Shown here in pieces: positions 60,619 to 64,000 of a DNA stretch of 64,000 nucleotides. Under the pieces are notes generated by a model. The model ran no database searches and was not told where the DNA came from. It saw only the letters and a program-made list of their open reading frames with translations. The stretch is from an uncultured Acidobacteriota bacterium (GTDB taxonomy: Bacteria; Acidobacteriota; UBA6911), in the NCBI GenBank assembly GCA_963843575.1, contig CAWJKZ010000013.1, positions 704,001-768,000 of the forward strand, given 5' to 3'. The translations under genes and the position numbers were made by a program. The stretch's first letter is position 1. Each line of letters begins with the position of its first letter.

Positions 60619-61562
60619 GGAGCACTCTAGTCGTTGGTCTGGCCTTTGTGCTGGTGGTGCCCGTTTTGGGCCTGGCGACAGCTCCTGCGCGTTTCCAGAA
60701 GCTGACGGACCACTACCTGTACCTGCAGGGGAGCCCCGAAACCGGCAATGTCGGCGCCTTCATCTCCGACAGCGGTATCCTGCTGGTGAATCCTCCCGCG
60801 CCGAACGATTCCGCGGCCGTCCTTGAAGCGCTCAAACGTGTCAGTTCCAGGCCCGTCCGCTGGATTGTGAGCACGGATTACCGGAAGGAGAATTGGTCCG
60901 CACCCAGCCCGCTGCTCGCCCAGGGAGCGTCCGCGCTGGCGAGCCAGGCTGCCTTCGAGCGGAGTCGGTCCGACGCGGCGGGGGCACCGGTTTCGCCTCG
61001 CCCCCCCTCATCCTCCGCAGGCACCTTCGTTTTTGGCCGCCAGATGCGGTTGTACCCGGGCGGGATAGAGGTGAAGGTCTTCGCGCCGCAGGCGAAATCC
61101 CGCGCCGGCGATGTCGCGATCTTCGTCCCGGCCGAGCGGGTTCTGCAGGTCGGCGACATTTTTCTGCCGGGCTCCTTCCCATCGATTCAAGAGGACTCCG
61201 GCGAGGGGGCGGCGCTCGGCTGGATCGAGGCGCTGAAGCAAGTGGTCGATCTCGTGCCGCTCCTCAAATCGGCGATGCCTCAGCCGAAACCGGACCCGGC
61301 CAAGCCGGGGGCGGAAGAGAAGACGCTGGAAGAGTCGATTGCCGTCGTCCCGGGGCGCGGCCCGGCGTCGAACCTGCAGGAAATGAAAACGCTGTTGGAG
61401 CAGGCGCAGAAGATGCGGGCGGAGATGACCCGGGCGATCACCGCGGGACGGAGCCGCGAGAGCGCACTGGCCTCTCCTGCGCTCGCCCCCTTCCGGTCCC
61501 TCGAAAACTTCGAGACATTCGCCGCGCGGTTGTACGACGCCCTTTCTGCCGCCAAGCCCTGA
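60615..61562 (+). CDS. Secreted metallo-beta-lactamase-fold protein lacking metal-ligand histidines
   Basis: Signal peptide; GNVGAF..GILLVN, PVRWIVSTDYRKEN, SRAGD, VGDIF, VPGRG align with the MBL motif order. Confidence 0.7.
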   Translation: MRSTLVVGLAFVLVVPVLGLATAPARFQKLTDHYLYLQGSPETGNVGAFISDSGILLVNPPAPNDSAAVLEALKRVSSRPVRWIVSTDYRKENWSAPSPLLAQGASALASQAAFERSRSDAAGAPVSPRPPSSSAGTFVFGRQMRLYPGGIEVKVFAPQAKSRAGDVAIFVPAERVLQVGDIFLPGSFPSIQEDSGEGAALGWIEALKQVVDLVPLLKSAMPQPKPDPAKPGAEEKTLEESIAVVPGRGPASNLQEMKTLLEQAQKMRAEMTRAITAGRSRESALASPALAPFRSLENFETFAARLYDALSAAKP

Positions 61563-61649
61563 AGACGGCCGGCGACGACGGCCTCGAGCGACCACGGCGC
61601 CGCCCCCGGGCGTGGAAATCCGGCAGTCGTTCTGCAAGAATACGGGTAG

Positions 61650-63431
<1,782 letters not shown>

Positions 63432-63443
63432 ATGCGAACAAAA

Positions 63444-63545
63444 CAAGTGGGTCCGGGCTTCAGCCCGGACGCAGTTTGCGGCAGTTATACCGTTGCTATT
63501 GAGCTCCGATCGAAACACGTCCCGGCTGAAGCCCGGACCCACTTG
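63444..63545. repeat. REPIN (inverted REP doublet), diverged spacer
   Basis: CAAGTGGGTCCGGGCTTCAGCCCGGAC ... GTCCCGGCTGAAGCCCGGACCCACTTG. Confidence 0.85.
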
Positions 63546-63570
63546 AGGAAATCGTTGAAAGGGGAGCAAA

Positions 63571-64000
63571 GTGAAAGAGGGACTGAATCGCTACAGTGCA
63601 CGTATCACCCAGCGCAAGTCACAGGCCGCCTCGCAGGCCATGCTGTACGGGACCGGCCTTACCGAAGCCGACATGGACAAGCCGCAGATCGGCATCGCGA
63701 GCATGTGGTATGAGGGGAACACCTGCAACATGCACCTCCTTGACCTGGCGGCCAAGGTGGCCGAGGGAGTGCGCGCCGCCGGCATGGTGCCGATGCGCTT
63801 CAACACCATCGGGGTCAGCGACGGCATCTCGATGGGTACGGAGGGCATGAGTTATTCCCTGCAATCGCGCGAGCTGATCGCCGACTCCATCGAAACGATG
63901 ATGGGGGCGCACTGGTATGACGCGAATGTCTCGCTCCCCGGTTGCGACAAGAACATGCCCGGGTGCCTGATCGCAATGGGACGCCTGAACCGCCCGTCAC
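63571..64000 (+). CDS. ilvD: Dihydroxy-acid dehydratase, N-terminal part (runs off window)
   Basis: GTG after GGGGAG; [54 protein letters not shown]. Confidence 0.95.
   Translation, partial: MKEGLNRYSARITQRKSQAASQAMLYGTGLTEADMDKPQIGIASMWYEGNTCNMHLLDLAAKVAEGVRAAGMVPMRFNTIGVSDGISMGTEGMSYSLQSRELIADSIETMMGAHWYDANVSLPGCDKNMPGCLIAMGRLNRPS

Overview
High-GC bacterial chromosome segment, most likely Acidobacteriota. This is inferred from gene content: Oar-like TonB-dependent receptor, exbB-exbD-exbD-TPR, PDZ/GAF/PAS kinase with a sigma-54 regulator, and many typical secreted hypotheticals. It is mostly housekeeping and transport: parB 3' end, bactofilin, Sec-containing selD, split methylmalonyl-CoA mutase, eno, a full pstSCABB-phoU-phoB/phoR locus, cbiMQO-like ECF, thiC and the ilvD 5' end. 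About ten genes are broken by 1-nt indels, most plausibly long-read errors. No rRNA, tRNA, CRISPR, transposase or prophage was recognised. Best leads: (1) a prenol kinase (COG0170)-DUF92 fusion next to a UbiA prenyltransferase with homogentisate-prenyltransferase-like motifs, a candidate prenol-salvage/prenylation module; (2) two PstB paralogs with reciprocal motif degeneracy predicting an asymmetric heterodimer; (3) a TonB-dependent receptor inside the Pho locus with 11-bp-periodic PHO-box-like repeats; (4) an unannotated ~123-nt multi-branch structured RNA; (5) a GTGG-headed REP/REPIN family including a nested element; (6) selD with in-frame UGA plus a SECIS-like hairpin; (7) two secreted pseudo-metalloenzymes. 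All assignments come from reading motifs by eye; no searches were run.
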